DNA of 64,000 bases from Chrysochromulina tobinii (lineage: Eukaryota), in assembly GCA_001275005.1 (NCBI GenBank), contig JWZX01003118.1, positions 1 through 64,000 on the forward strand, in the 5' to 3' direction. The notes below the pieces were generated by a model. That model was not told the origin of the DNA. It saw only the letters and a program-made list of their open reading frames with translations, and did no database searches. Below, piece by piece: positions 45,601 to 56,100 of the stretch (the stretch's first letter is position 1; each line of letters begins with the position of its first letter). The position numbers and the translations under genes were made by a program.

Positions 45601-48046
45601 GCAATGAGGGACGCAATCAGCAAGATGCCCGCGGATTTCGCACCCCGGGCTCAAGTAGAGCTTCGACTGCCACGTCACCAAGATGGCGATGATGCAGACC
45701 AGGATCGGGCCGATGAACTTGAACGGCTTGAAGACGGGAAAGCCGTACGCCTAATTAGGGATGCAATCAGCATGCAATCAGCGCAACTTGGGCCCCTTCA
45801 TCCGGCCAAGCTTCGGGTTAGGTGGGGATGCGATCAGCATGCAATAGCATGAAATTAGCATGCAATCGGCGCACCTTGGGCCCCTTCATCCGGCCAAGCT
45901 TTTTGAAGAGAAAGAGGAGACAGAGCCAAACGACGGCCGTCCTGCGAGCCCATCAGAGGCCATCCGATGTCATCCATTGGCAATCAGGGGTAATCAGGAG
46001 CAATCAGTGGCAATCAGTGGCAATCAGAGGCAATCAGAGGCAATCAGAGGCCGTCCGATGTCATCCAGTGGCAATCATCGGAGGTCCGATGTCATCCAGT
46101 GGCAATCAGCGGAGGTGAATCGGGAAGAATCGGGGAAATTCGCACCATGAGGCCAACCCGTTGACCGTCGAGGCGAACTCGATGAGGGAGCCGACGATCA
46201 TGTGGAGGGTGCTTACATTGGTCACATCGCGGCTGAAGCCAAAAAAGGAGCGTAGCTGTCCGAGGCCAATTGTGATTGCGGCGGAGGCTGAGAAGGCGGA
46301 GATAACGGGAGGTGCGAGCAGCTCGAGGATGTATCCGAATTTGGTCACCCCGATGACGAAACTGAAGACGCCGCAGTAGAAGGCGAGCAGGCTCGAGATC
46401 TCGACCTGACAAGGGAGGCAATCAGAGTGTCAACAGAGGGTCATCAGAGGGTCATCAGAGGGTCATCAGAGGGTCATCAGAGGGTCATCAGCATCATCAG
46501 TCGTCATCACCTGCTTCGTGATCAGTGCGGACTGCGCCTCGAGCGAGTTCCACAACGTCTGATTCGCAAGACCGGCAAGGGACGAGTTGGTGGACGCTGC
46601 GACTGACATGCTATCCGCGAGCTTTTTGAGCATGTCGTAATTTGCCTGATGAGCAAGGGTCGAGGTCATCAGAGGGCATCAAGGAGATCATCAAGGGAGA
46701 TCATCGTGGAGGTCATCAGGGCGGTCATCTGGGAGGTCATCGCGGAGGTCATTACGGAGGTCATTACGGAGGTCATCAGAGGTCGTCAAGGAGGTCATCA
46801 AGCTATTGACTCGCCTGGTCCTCAGTCACTTGAGACGCGATCGTGTCGAACGTCAGGAGCGACACGATGGCCACGGCTCCAATCTGCAGCTGCCTCGAAG
46901 TACCTAATGAGGAAGGCGGAGGCCATCAAGAGGCCATCAAGGGGTCATCAGGTGACAGCGATGAGCGTACCAAATATGACGTACATGAAGAGAGGTGCAT
47001 AGTCTGAGTAGAGTCCGCGGATGGCGGGCAACCCAGCGATACCCGCGTACGAGAGGCCCTGTGGCACGATGAGGAGGCTCGCAATCAGAGGCAATCCGAT
47101 GCAAGTAGCGGCAATTTGTGGGCATCAGCAGACCTGCGGCACGATCAGGAAGCTCACCTGTAGCATACACAGACACAGCGCACAGTGAAAAGAGTGCGGG
47201 GGGAGTGCGGGGGGACTGTGTGAGCCTCGGCTGCTCACGGCAAAGCCAGCGCAGATGTCAGGGACGAGCTGCCTCTTCACATCGTACTTGACCAGCCATC
47301 GCAGACAGGGGAAGAAGGACACCTGATGAGGGATGCAATCAGCGGTTGATCAGGAGGCCAACGGGAGGCCATCAGGAGGCCATCAGAGGTCGTCAGAGGT
47401 CGTCAGAGGTCGTCAGTGGCCATCGGACCTGATGAGGGAGGCTATCAGAGAGGTCATCAGAGAAGTCATCAGGAGACCATCAGAGGGACCTCAGAGAGGT
47501 CATCAGAGGTCATCGGACCTGATGAGGGAGGTCATCAGAGGGTTCTCAGTGGTCATCAGTGGCCATCACCAGCACGCTCCAGAGCTTCTGCCGGGGAGTG
47601 TTGCCCTCGGGCTTGAGTTTCTCGAGCGTCCACCTTGCCATAAAAGGGATCCCAAGCGCGGGCTTGGCGACGGCGTCGGGGGCTGGGGTACCGCCGGAGG
47701 CGAGCAGCGACAGCTCATACTCGGCCATCTTCTTCTTCGTCGTCTTGTCTGGCAAATTCAGGTGGTCCATGACGGCCGAAGTCACCAGAGGTCACCAAGG
47801 AGGTCACCAAGGAGGTCACCAAGGAGCTCATCAAGGAGGTCATCAAGGAGGTCATCAAGCTAATGACTCACCTGGCAGGTGCAGGTGGTCCATGACACTC
47901 GCCGACCGCGGGTTGTACACTGCAGGATTGAACTGATTACGGACGCTCAAGGGGCTGGGAGTATCGCGATCGCGGATCTTGGGCTCGTCACCCGCAAGCG
48001 TGCCGGCCGGATCCTTTGCCAGGTCCATCTCGCGTGCCGACGTCAT
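42611..48046 (-). CDS. SLC26/SulP anion (sulfate/bicarbonate) transporter with STAS domain; 22 exons, 853 aa
   Basis: Manually spliced exons: 48046-47872, 47748-47570, 47322-47239, 47157-47134, 47058-46971, 46903-46815, 46645-46511, 46405-46146, 45941-45875, 45750-45644, 45563-45468, 45218-45117, 45021-44899, 44819-44715, 44535-44361, 44216-44094, 44013-43907, 43669-43519, 43438-43337, 43135-43080, 42978-42873, 42718-42611 (2562 nt, all phases consistent). Motifs DICAGFA|VSFLIVPQ|GLSYAGIAGLP..GLYS, FG|TSRQLQIG, PPVISAF, ESIAIAK, QE|YVALGFAN..GGYPISGSFSRTA, and STAS LFFGN...VVLDMCAVPFVDST. Confidence 0.9.
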
Positions 48047-48667
48047 TGGATGTCGCAGCTCCTGCAGCACACGGGAGTCGACTCGCGGCGGTCAGCAACA
48101 CTGAGCCGTCGAGGTGTTTGGAGGCAGCGAGCTGCGCCGACGCGCGCTCGCTGCGCTCAAGAAGTCAGCTGCGTGGTCCGCGCCGGGCCCACGCGTGCTG
48201 CCCAACCTCAGGCCACGAAAGTCGGACGCTATCGGACGCTCGGCCTCGGGGCGCGCGCGCGTGGCAGCAGGGAGGCTTGCAGCGGATCGCGTTCGCGCGG
48301 CCTGGGACGGGAGACGGACTCCACGACGCAAGGGTGGAATCCGGACCAAAATCGCACGCGGGCGGTCTGGCTCGGCCCGGCACGGGCGGCTCGGCACCCG
48401 ACACGTTCCCAGGAGACGTCCATGATATCGCGTTCCTAAATAGGAATTAGAAGAAATGTCAGTTAAATTTTTTCTTGGTAGCGATCAACCCCAATGTGTT
48501 CGTGGGGGGGGTCAACGAACCGCCCATGGGGAGTTCTCGAGCCGCCCGGCGCGCGCGCGTCGCGTTCGTTAACGTCAAAATATCTAGTGTGTCCTCATCA
48601 TACACGTGCCGTCGCTGTCCCTTATGCTGCGCGTCGCGATTGCGAGCGAGGCAGAACCGCGCACGCT

Positions 48668-50017
48668 TCAGACTTGCTTGAAGAGCGGCGTCGAATTCGG
48701 GTTGCCGGGCACGGCAGGCAGCGACGACATCTTCTTGAGCTGGTCGATGTTTTGGACGAGAATCTCCCACTCGCCCGACGTTCGGAACTCGAGCTTGTGC
48801 TCGCGCGCCCACTCCTTGAGCAGCGGATGGAGCGCCTTGTACTTGTAGCGCGGCATCGTCGGGAACAGGTGGTGCTCCAGCTGCCATTGCATGCCGCCCC
48901 ACAGGATGTCGGAGAACCAGTTGCTGCACATGGCGTCGCGCGTCGAACGGAACTGCGCCTCGCAAAAGTCATATTTGCGCAGATTCTCGTTGATGAACAT
49001 CTCCTCGGACTGGTGCGTGACGGTCACGATGGTCGCGGTGAGCAGCCCCGAGAGCCACACACCTAGGAAGACTGCCTTCGCCGGCAGGAAGGCGCAGAAG
49101 GCCGCCCAGTGGACCGCGAGCCGCGCAGCCTCGTTCCACTTCTTCCATTTCATCACGTACTTGATCGAGTCGAAGCGCCAGTAGAGGAAGAGGACGGAGA
49201 ACGGGATGGGCCAGTAGAGGTGCTGGTACTTGCGCAGCCACGAGTCGACCTTCGGGTCGGGCTGCCATAGGTAGATGGCCGGCTCGAGAGCCACGTCCTC
49301 GTCGTACCCGATCTCGTTCGTGAGTGCGTGGTGCATGTTGTGCTTCATCGACCACCACGTGGTGGACATGCCGCCAATCAGCTCGCCAAACCCGCGCATC
49401 GCCATCGAGAAGGGCGAGCGGCCATGCACGTAGTCGTGCGACAGCCAGCCGGCGAGCGTGTTGCTCACCGCATAGCAGACCACCGTGGCTAGCGAGGCGA
49501 GCGGCCCCACCTGGAGAGAGAACACCTTGGCGGCCGCAAGGCAGGCGGCCCACGGTAGAAGCTTCTGCAGCTCGCCGCGCCAGTGCGGCCGGTACCAGCC
49601 CTCCGCCTCCAGCTTCCGCCGGAACTCGCGGAAGGCGTACGATGTCGCGACCGGCGGCGGCACGTTCGTGGGCGGCTCCTTGCTTTTTGGGAGCCGCTTG
49701 ATCATGCCCATCGCCTTGTCCGAGTGGAAGCCGTACATGACCTCGGTCGCGTCGAAATTCCTGTACGCGTCAATCCAGTGCGCGCCCGCCGGGTGCGCCG
49801 CACGCCAGTTGGTCAGATCATACCACTCGTCGTCGATGCGAACGTTGAGCCTCTCGCGCTTCCGCTGGAGCGGCGCGGCTGACTCAGTCTCGACGACTGG
49901 CAGTTGCAAGCTCGCCGGGTGTACGCGCAGCTGCGGATGCCGAACGCTGAGTGCACCACTGCGCAGCAGACCGGCTGAGCCGGCTGCGGCGGCGATGCAA
50001 AGCAGGGTGCGTAGCAT
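48668..50017 (-). CDS. Cytochrome b5-fused front-end fatty acid desaturase, probably plastid-targeted
   Basis: Signal-peptide-like MLRTLLCIAAAAGSAG, b5 heme motif HPAG, and His boxes HDYVH, HNMHH and QLEHHLFP. Confidence 0.9.
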   Translation of the reverse strand: MLRTLLCIAAAAGSAGLLRSGALSVRHPQLRVHPASLQLPVVETESAAPLQRKRERLNVRIDDEWYDLTNWRAAHPAGAHWIDAYRNFDATEVMYGFHSDKAMGMIKRLPKSKEPPTNVPPPVATSYAFREFRRKLEAEGWYRPHWRGELQKLLPWAACLAAAKVFSLQVGPLASLATVVCYAVSNTLAGWLSHDYVHGRSPFSMAMRGFGELIGGMSTTWWSMKHNMHHALTNEIGYDEDVALEPAIYLWQPDPKVDSWLRKYQHLYWPIPFSVLFLYWRFDSIKYVMKWKKWNEAARLAVHWAAFCAFLPAKAVFLGVWLSGLLTATIVTVTHQSEEMFINENLRKYDFCEAQFRSTRDAMCSNWFSDILWGGMQWQLEHHLFPTMPRYKYKALHPLLKEWAREHKLEFRTSGEWEILVQNIDQLKKMSSLPAVPGNPNSTPLFKQV

Positions 50018-50628
50018 CGCTTAAAGCCTAGGCGATCGCCCTGACGCGTAAGAGATGTCGATCTGAAAACTCTGAAATTGCCGCGAATGCCGCGTCTGAC
50101 CTCAAAAGTTGTTCACGAAACGTAACGTCTATAGACACTAGGCCTTCACAGGCCCCGGAGATCACCCTTTGTAGGCCCTTTCATCTTGCCTTTCGTGACA
50201 GAGTCACAGAGAGCACATCACTAGATTTCGTGAGGGCGGCGGCCTCTCAGAGTGACCGTGCGACGACCGACGTGCGACCACGATCGCGTGTGGCATCGCT
50301 GTATTTGCTTTTCATATTTGTCTCTCGGTCTCTCTGTATACAGTTACAGAGCGAGCACGAATGGCCACGAAGGCGCCAGCGGCGCAGAGAGGGGGAGAGG
50401 GAGTCGAGAGAGGGGACGAGAGGGGTCACAGGGGAAGACTCCTTAACGAGACTCCTGCAAATGAGTACTCTGTGAGGGAGGGCTGGGACGACCCCGAGAG
50501 AGGCCGTGAGGCCGCGCGGAGCGCCGTCAGTTCGCCGGTTTTCCGCGGCGAGACGAGATTGCAGGCAGAACCGTATGACCTACTGTGGCATCTTCCGCCG
50601 CTTTCTCTCCACCGTCTCTCACAAAGTC

Positions 50629-51684
50629 TCACTCCGCCCGCACGAGCACAAAGGGCGCGCAGTTCCTCACGCCGCCGGTCGCCCGGAACGATCCGAGACC
50701 GACGAGCACCCCAGGCGCCACCTCGCGCAGCTCGTCGCGCATGCCGAGCACGCTTCCTAATTTGGGCACGCTTCCCCACCAAAAGTCTCCCTTGCCATCG
50801 CCCTGTGCTCCGTAGTCGAGGATGAGCGCGGGGCGGCCGTCGAGCCGGCTCGGCTCGATGCGCGCCGTGAAGCTGCGACGACGGAGCTCGGGCTCGGCCT
50901 CTAGGGCGCCGCTCTCGCCCGCCTGCTGCCGTCTCACCGAGTCGCTCGTAGCGACGGCCGTCGACTGCCCGCCACGCTGCTGTAGCTCTCCGGCCATAGA
51001 CTGGCGGAGTAACGGATCGGAGAGCGCCCTCTGCTCGCGCAGCTGCTGGTTGAGCACGCGTTCAAGCTCGCCCCCCGCGCTGCTCGTGATGCCGAAGCGA
51101 TTAGGGACGTTCCCTCCGAAGCGGTTGCAGCCGCCGGAGGTGAAGAAGACCTTCCCTCGCCACCGCCGGAAGGGCGCAAACAGGCGATGTGTGATGAAGG
51201 AGGAGGCCGGGGCGAGGACGCCGCGATGGAGCAGCATCCCATCGTAGACCTCAGCCTGAGCCTGACCTGGCAGCTCTGGCGCCGCGCCGTTGCGCCATGC
51301 GCGGACGACATCGGCCTTGGTGCGGAGGGTCATGACCTCCTCGAGGCATCGCGGGGAGGTGTCCGTTGGCGTGAAGGCGCTCGAGACAATATAGCCTCCG
51401 TCGCCCATATTGTCAATGGCACCCTCAAAGGTGAGCGGCACATCGTCCCGTTTCAGAATGGAGTCCAGGTTGGTCGGCTGCGATGGGCCATTTTGTGCTA
51501 TGTTCAGTGCGACCAATGCCACTGTCGAGGCAGGAAGGGCGAGGCGCAGTAGAGACATGCTGGGCGGCGATGTCCTGCATGAGGTGGAGCTCGTCATGGT
51601 CATGCGCATAGACGCGACCATCGTCACGCTACCTAGGAGGAGTCGGCTAGAGAGCATTTCACGAGATCTCCAGATTTTCGGCAA
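50629..51684 (-). CDS. Conserved hypothetical protein; start uncertain
   Basis: Long ORF with WRGKVF, G.NRF and PSRLDGRPALILDY...MRDELREVAPGVLVGLG; hydrophobic N-terminus. Confidence 0.6.
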   Translation of the reverse strand: MPKIWRSREMLSSRLLLGSVTMVASMRMTMTSSTSCRTSPPSMSLLRLALPASTVALVALNIAQNGPSQPTNLDSILKRDDVPLTFEGAIDNMGDGGYIVSSAFTPTDTSPRCLEEVMTLRTKADVVRAWRNGAAPELPGQAQAEVYDGMLLHRGVLAPASSFITHRLFAPFRRWRGKVFFTSGGCNRFGGNVPNRFGITSSAGGELERVLNQQLREQRALSDPLLRQSMAGELQQRGGQSTAVATSDSVRRQQAGESGALEAEPELRRRSFTARIEPSRLDGRPALILDYGAQGDGKGDFWWGSVPKLGSVLGMRDELREVAPGVLVGLGSFRATGGVRNCAPFVLVRAE

Positions 51685-51902
51685 AAATTCGTGTTGAGAT
51701 GGAATACATTGTACATGTAGCGTGTAGAGGTGCCAGTCACCGCATCCGGTATTTGCCGTGTCCCTGAGCAGTCACGGGTCAGAGTCGGGGCGGCTTGTTT
51801 GACAAAACTTGACTGGATGGGCGATTCTCCTGGGGCACGGCAAAAAAGCTCCAAGCCCGGACGGTGCGCCCCGCACGCTCTCACACTGACTTTGGGTTCA
51901 CT

Positions 51903-53096
51903 ATGGACGAGAGTAGCGACGATGACGGCGATATACCTTTAGTGTTTCGGCGACGTTCTCATCAGTCGACCACTTCGGCCACGTTGCGAACGCCGCAGCC
52001 AGACGCACCGCCCGAGATCGAGTGCGCGTCCTCCTCTGGCGCGGTCGCGCCCACGCCGGCGAGTGCGCGCGCGCCCGCGCCGCCGTCTCCGCCCAGGCCC
52101 ATGCAGGTGGAGTCACCTGTACCGCCTGCGTCGCTTGTGCCGCTCGTGCCAGCCGTGCCGCTCGTGCCACCCGTGCCTGCCGTCTCGCTCGTGCCGCTCG
52201 TGCCGTTCGTGCCCGCCGTGCAATCTGTTCACGTCGCATGTGCCGTTGGAAGCTCGCTGCTGTCGGCCCCGCCATCTGCAGCTTCGGCCACAGCAAAAGC
52301 TTCTCTGTGTGCCCCAGCCGCCGCAACCCACGAGGCCTCAACACCTGCTCCAGCCGGCATTCCCCCAGCCGCAGCAGCGCATTGCCCTGCTGCCGCTGCA
52401 AACCTTGCGGCCGCGTCTTCAACCGCCATGGCCGCCGGAGCAAGTGAGGCCTCAGCCAGCACCCTCGCCGCGGCAGCGGCTGCGGCAGCCGCCAAGGCCG
52501 CCGGTGCGAATGAGGGCACAGCCAACGCCATCGCAGCGACAACTTACACTATCGCAGCGACCATATTCTCCAACGGGACCAGTGCTGGCACCAATCCTGG
52601 TACCAGTGCTGCCCCTGCTTCCTCTGCTGCCGCGAGCGTGAGTGGCTCAATCCCAGCCCAGGCCGGTGCGGCGTGCACTCAAGTGACGCCGGATGCAGAA
52701 ATGAGGGCAAGAGCTGCACCGGCTGCCGAGCAAAGTCTGCAGCTTGCGAATCTCGGTTGCAGTCTACGTTGGCAACATCAGCCGATCAGCCATGCACACG
52801 AGGTCGCCACCGCCTATACGGCAACAACCCCTCCTGCAACCGCGGTAAAGCCACCAGCTTCTCAATTGCCGATCCAATTGCCGATCCAATTGCCGATCCC
52901 GTCAAACGTGGTGGCGGCGGCGGTGCAGAGCCACTGCAGTTCACTGCAGTGGGCCTGCAGTGGGCGTGCTGCAGGGTGCAGCACTGCACCAGGGTGCAGC
53001 ACTGCAGTGGCTCAGCATGCAGTGGCTCAGCATGCAGTGGCTCAGCATGCAGTGGCTCAGCAGCATCAGCATCAGCAGCAGCAGCAGCAGCAGCAG

Positions 53097-53142
<46 letters not shown>

Positions 53143-56100
53143 AGCGCTCCTTCTCAATGTGTGCAGCCTTGCGCGCGCTCTCGGAGGCCCCGCGACCGCT
53201 GGTGCACCCTGGTGCAGTGCTGCACCCTGGTGCAGTGCTGCACCCTGGTTCAGTGCTGCACCCTGGTGCAGTGGTGCACACTGAAGCACGCCCACTGCAG
53301 TGGCTCAGCAGCACTGCAGTGGCTCAGCATGCAGTGGCCACTGCAGTGGCTCAGCAGCAGCAGCTGATGCAGGTTGAGCTCGTGCAGAATGTGATGCTCC
53401 AAGGGCGTGAGGCATGGCGGCAGATGGTGGTGCTCACGCAACAGCTCGTGCTGCCAGGCCGATGGGAATCAGCTACGGCCGAAGTGGAGAAATTCCACAC
53501 CAACATGCAGCAGTTCGCCGTCAAGAACGCGGAGTTTATCGCTGCGCAGGCGCTGCAGCAAACGCGCGTCAAAGAGCGTGATGCCATTGCCAAGGAGCGC
53601 ACAGATATGCTGCTGGCATACGCAGAGTTCTCGAGCGTCTCCCAAGCTCTTGCACAAGCTCTGAGAGCCCAAGGTGACACATCGAGGGGAGCTGCAGAGT
53701 TCATCAGGCAGGCCTCGATCAGGCAGGCATTGATCTCAAAGCTTCAGAATGCGTGTCGTCTCATGGCAAGATATGAGGCTGGAAAGTGGCATCTCGAGAT
53801 TCTAAAAGCCAATACTCAACGTATGGACTTGAACACTCAGGTTGTAATGGCATCTGAGTTAGCACGCGGCAGAGTTGACTTGCTCGAGAAGCGCGAGGTC
53901 GAGCTGGCATCGTTGGTGGTGCACCACCATCCTAGGCCGGTGGCGCCAGCGCCGCCGCTGCTCATGCGACCCATCCAAATGATTTGCAAGACCCGCGAGG
54001 CGGGGCTGTACAAGCTGCTCGATGAGCTCCTTGACCAGAATGTGGCCATGCAGACACGGGTGGTTGCGGATGATGGTTCCGCTCTGTTGCCAAATCTGGA
54101 TGCGTTCAACTTCGCCAAGACGCATATCTCGGCTGTGCTCGCTTCGGGGCTTCTCGTCATGGCTGCAGAGCTTCGGATGTCTTGGTGGGTGAAGCTGCAT
54201 GTTGAGCTTGTGGTCGCGTACACGCTCACCAGAGGCGTGCGACTTGGCCCGGAAGGTCTCGAGAAGCTGCCGCATGCGCCGCAGCCGGCCGACGAATCGT
54301 ACAGCCGTCTGCACGATTCCACAGCCGTGACGTGCGCCGTGCACCACGCGTGGCACCTGGCGACGGCGCTCGAGTGCGGGCTATGGCGTCGCCTGGGCAA
54401 GACCTCCCTGATCCAGACCGCGAATGATAATGTGGCACTCCGAGCCTTCTTCGCTCGACAGTACGAGCCCAAGCTGGACGCTCTCTGCCGCCGGGTGCAC
54501 CAGTCGAACGTGGGGGTGCTCGCGGCGGCGGGGCTGACCGAGAGACTGCACGCAGCGGCCCTGCACTCCATACCCATCGACCATGCGAAGCTGATGAGCG
54601 CCCTCATTAACGAAGCCTGCCGGACGTCTAAGCCTCCGCCCGTGACGGCGCCGGTAGCTAAGCCTCGGCCGGAGTCGACTCCGCCCGTGACGGCGCCGGT
54701 TGCCGAGCCGCCGACCCCACCTCCTGGGAAGCCACATGGGCAGCCAGAGCAGATGGTGGTGGAGTTAGACGATTCCGAGGACGAGTCCCCTTCGCCTACG
54801 GCGGCGGCAGCAGGAGCGGCAGTAGCTACGGCATCGGCGATGGAATTGCGCCGCATGCCGAGCGCTGTGCCGGGCGTTCCGGACGTGCCGCGCGTTGTGC
54901 CGGGCGTTCCTGACGATGTGCCGGGCGTACCGAACGCGCCACACGCTGTGCCGGGCGTACCAGACGAGCCGAGCGCCCGCCGCCTCGCTCTCGTGCTCTT
55001 GAAGCATCGGCGTCCATGCATCGACTATCTTCTCTCGATGCATCAGCGAGGCTCACGCTACCAAGTTGGGTCCACCGCGCTACTAGTGAGACTCACGCTC
55101 GAAGATTTGGTATCGACTTTGAGTGGTGTCTGTGAGCTGAGCGTGGACCAAACGGTACACTGCCTTGGGCTGGCGGTGCTGAACCACGTGGAGCAGCAGC
55201 AGAAGCTCGAAGAGGCGGCGCTCAACCACGTGAAGCAGCAGCAGCAGAAGAAGCCCGAAGAAGCTCGTGAAGCGTACGCGTTGAAGATTCGTCAAGCCGA
55301 GGCCAAGGCTGAGAAGGCCAAGGCTGAGAAGGCCAGGCTGGCCACGAGGTGGGCCAGAGAGAAGGCAGCAACGACAGCTGCCAAGACGGCTGCCAAAATG
55401 GCCTCGGAGACGGCTGCCCAAATGGCCTTGGAGACGGCTGCCCAAATGGCCTTGGAGACGGCTGCCAAAATGGCCTTGGAGGCTGCCGAGGAGCGTCTGT
55501 GGACCGGCTCGCCGGACAGCGTGGCGGGCCGGTTGCTTCATGAGTCGACGGGATTGGTACGTGGCTCTCCCTGATTGCCTCTGATGAGCTCTGATTGCCT
55601 CCCTCATCAGGTACGTGGCTCTCCCTGATTGCCTCTGATGAGCTCTGATTGCCTCCCTCATCAGGTACGTGGCTCTCCCTGATTGCCTCTGATGAGCTCT
55701 GATTGCCTCCCTCATCAGGTACGTGGCTCTCCCTGATTGCCTCTGATGAGCTCTGATTGCCTCCCTCATCAGGTACGTGGCTCTCCCTGATTGCCTCTGA
55801 TGAGCTATGATTGCCTCCCTCATCAGGTACGTGGCTCTCCCTGATTGCCTCTGATGACCTCTGATGACCTCTGATGGCCTCTGGTGGCCTCTGATGGCCT
55901 CTGATGGCCTCTGATGGCCTCCCTCATCAGGTACGTGGCGGCGTGCCCACCTTGTGTGGGCTCTCCCTCTTGGCCCTCGCCCGGCGCCGTGTCTCCACAC
56001 CGGACTTCCCCACAGAGGGCTATTCCCCACAGGGCTATTCCCCACAGTGCTATTCCGCCCCCCCACTCGACGAGTTCCGGGCGAAGGAGATCACTCGCGC

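Noticed and set aside
42611..48046. Calling this region a satellite or degraded pseudogene
   Set aside because: All exons splice in phase with GT/GC-AG ends into a stop-free SLC26 protein.
55083..56066. 327-aa minus-strand ORF with repeated YLMREAIRAHQRQSGRAT
   Set aside because: It is the antisense reading of the 54-nt intron array; the similar MREAI/GHQRSSEVIRG ORFs at 42727-47936 are antisense intron repeats too.
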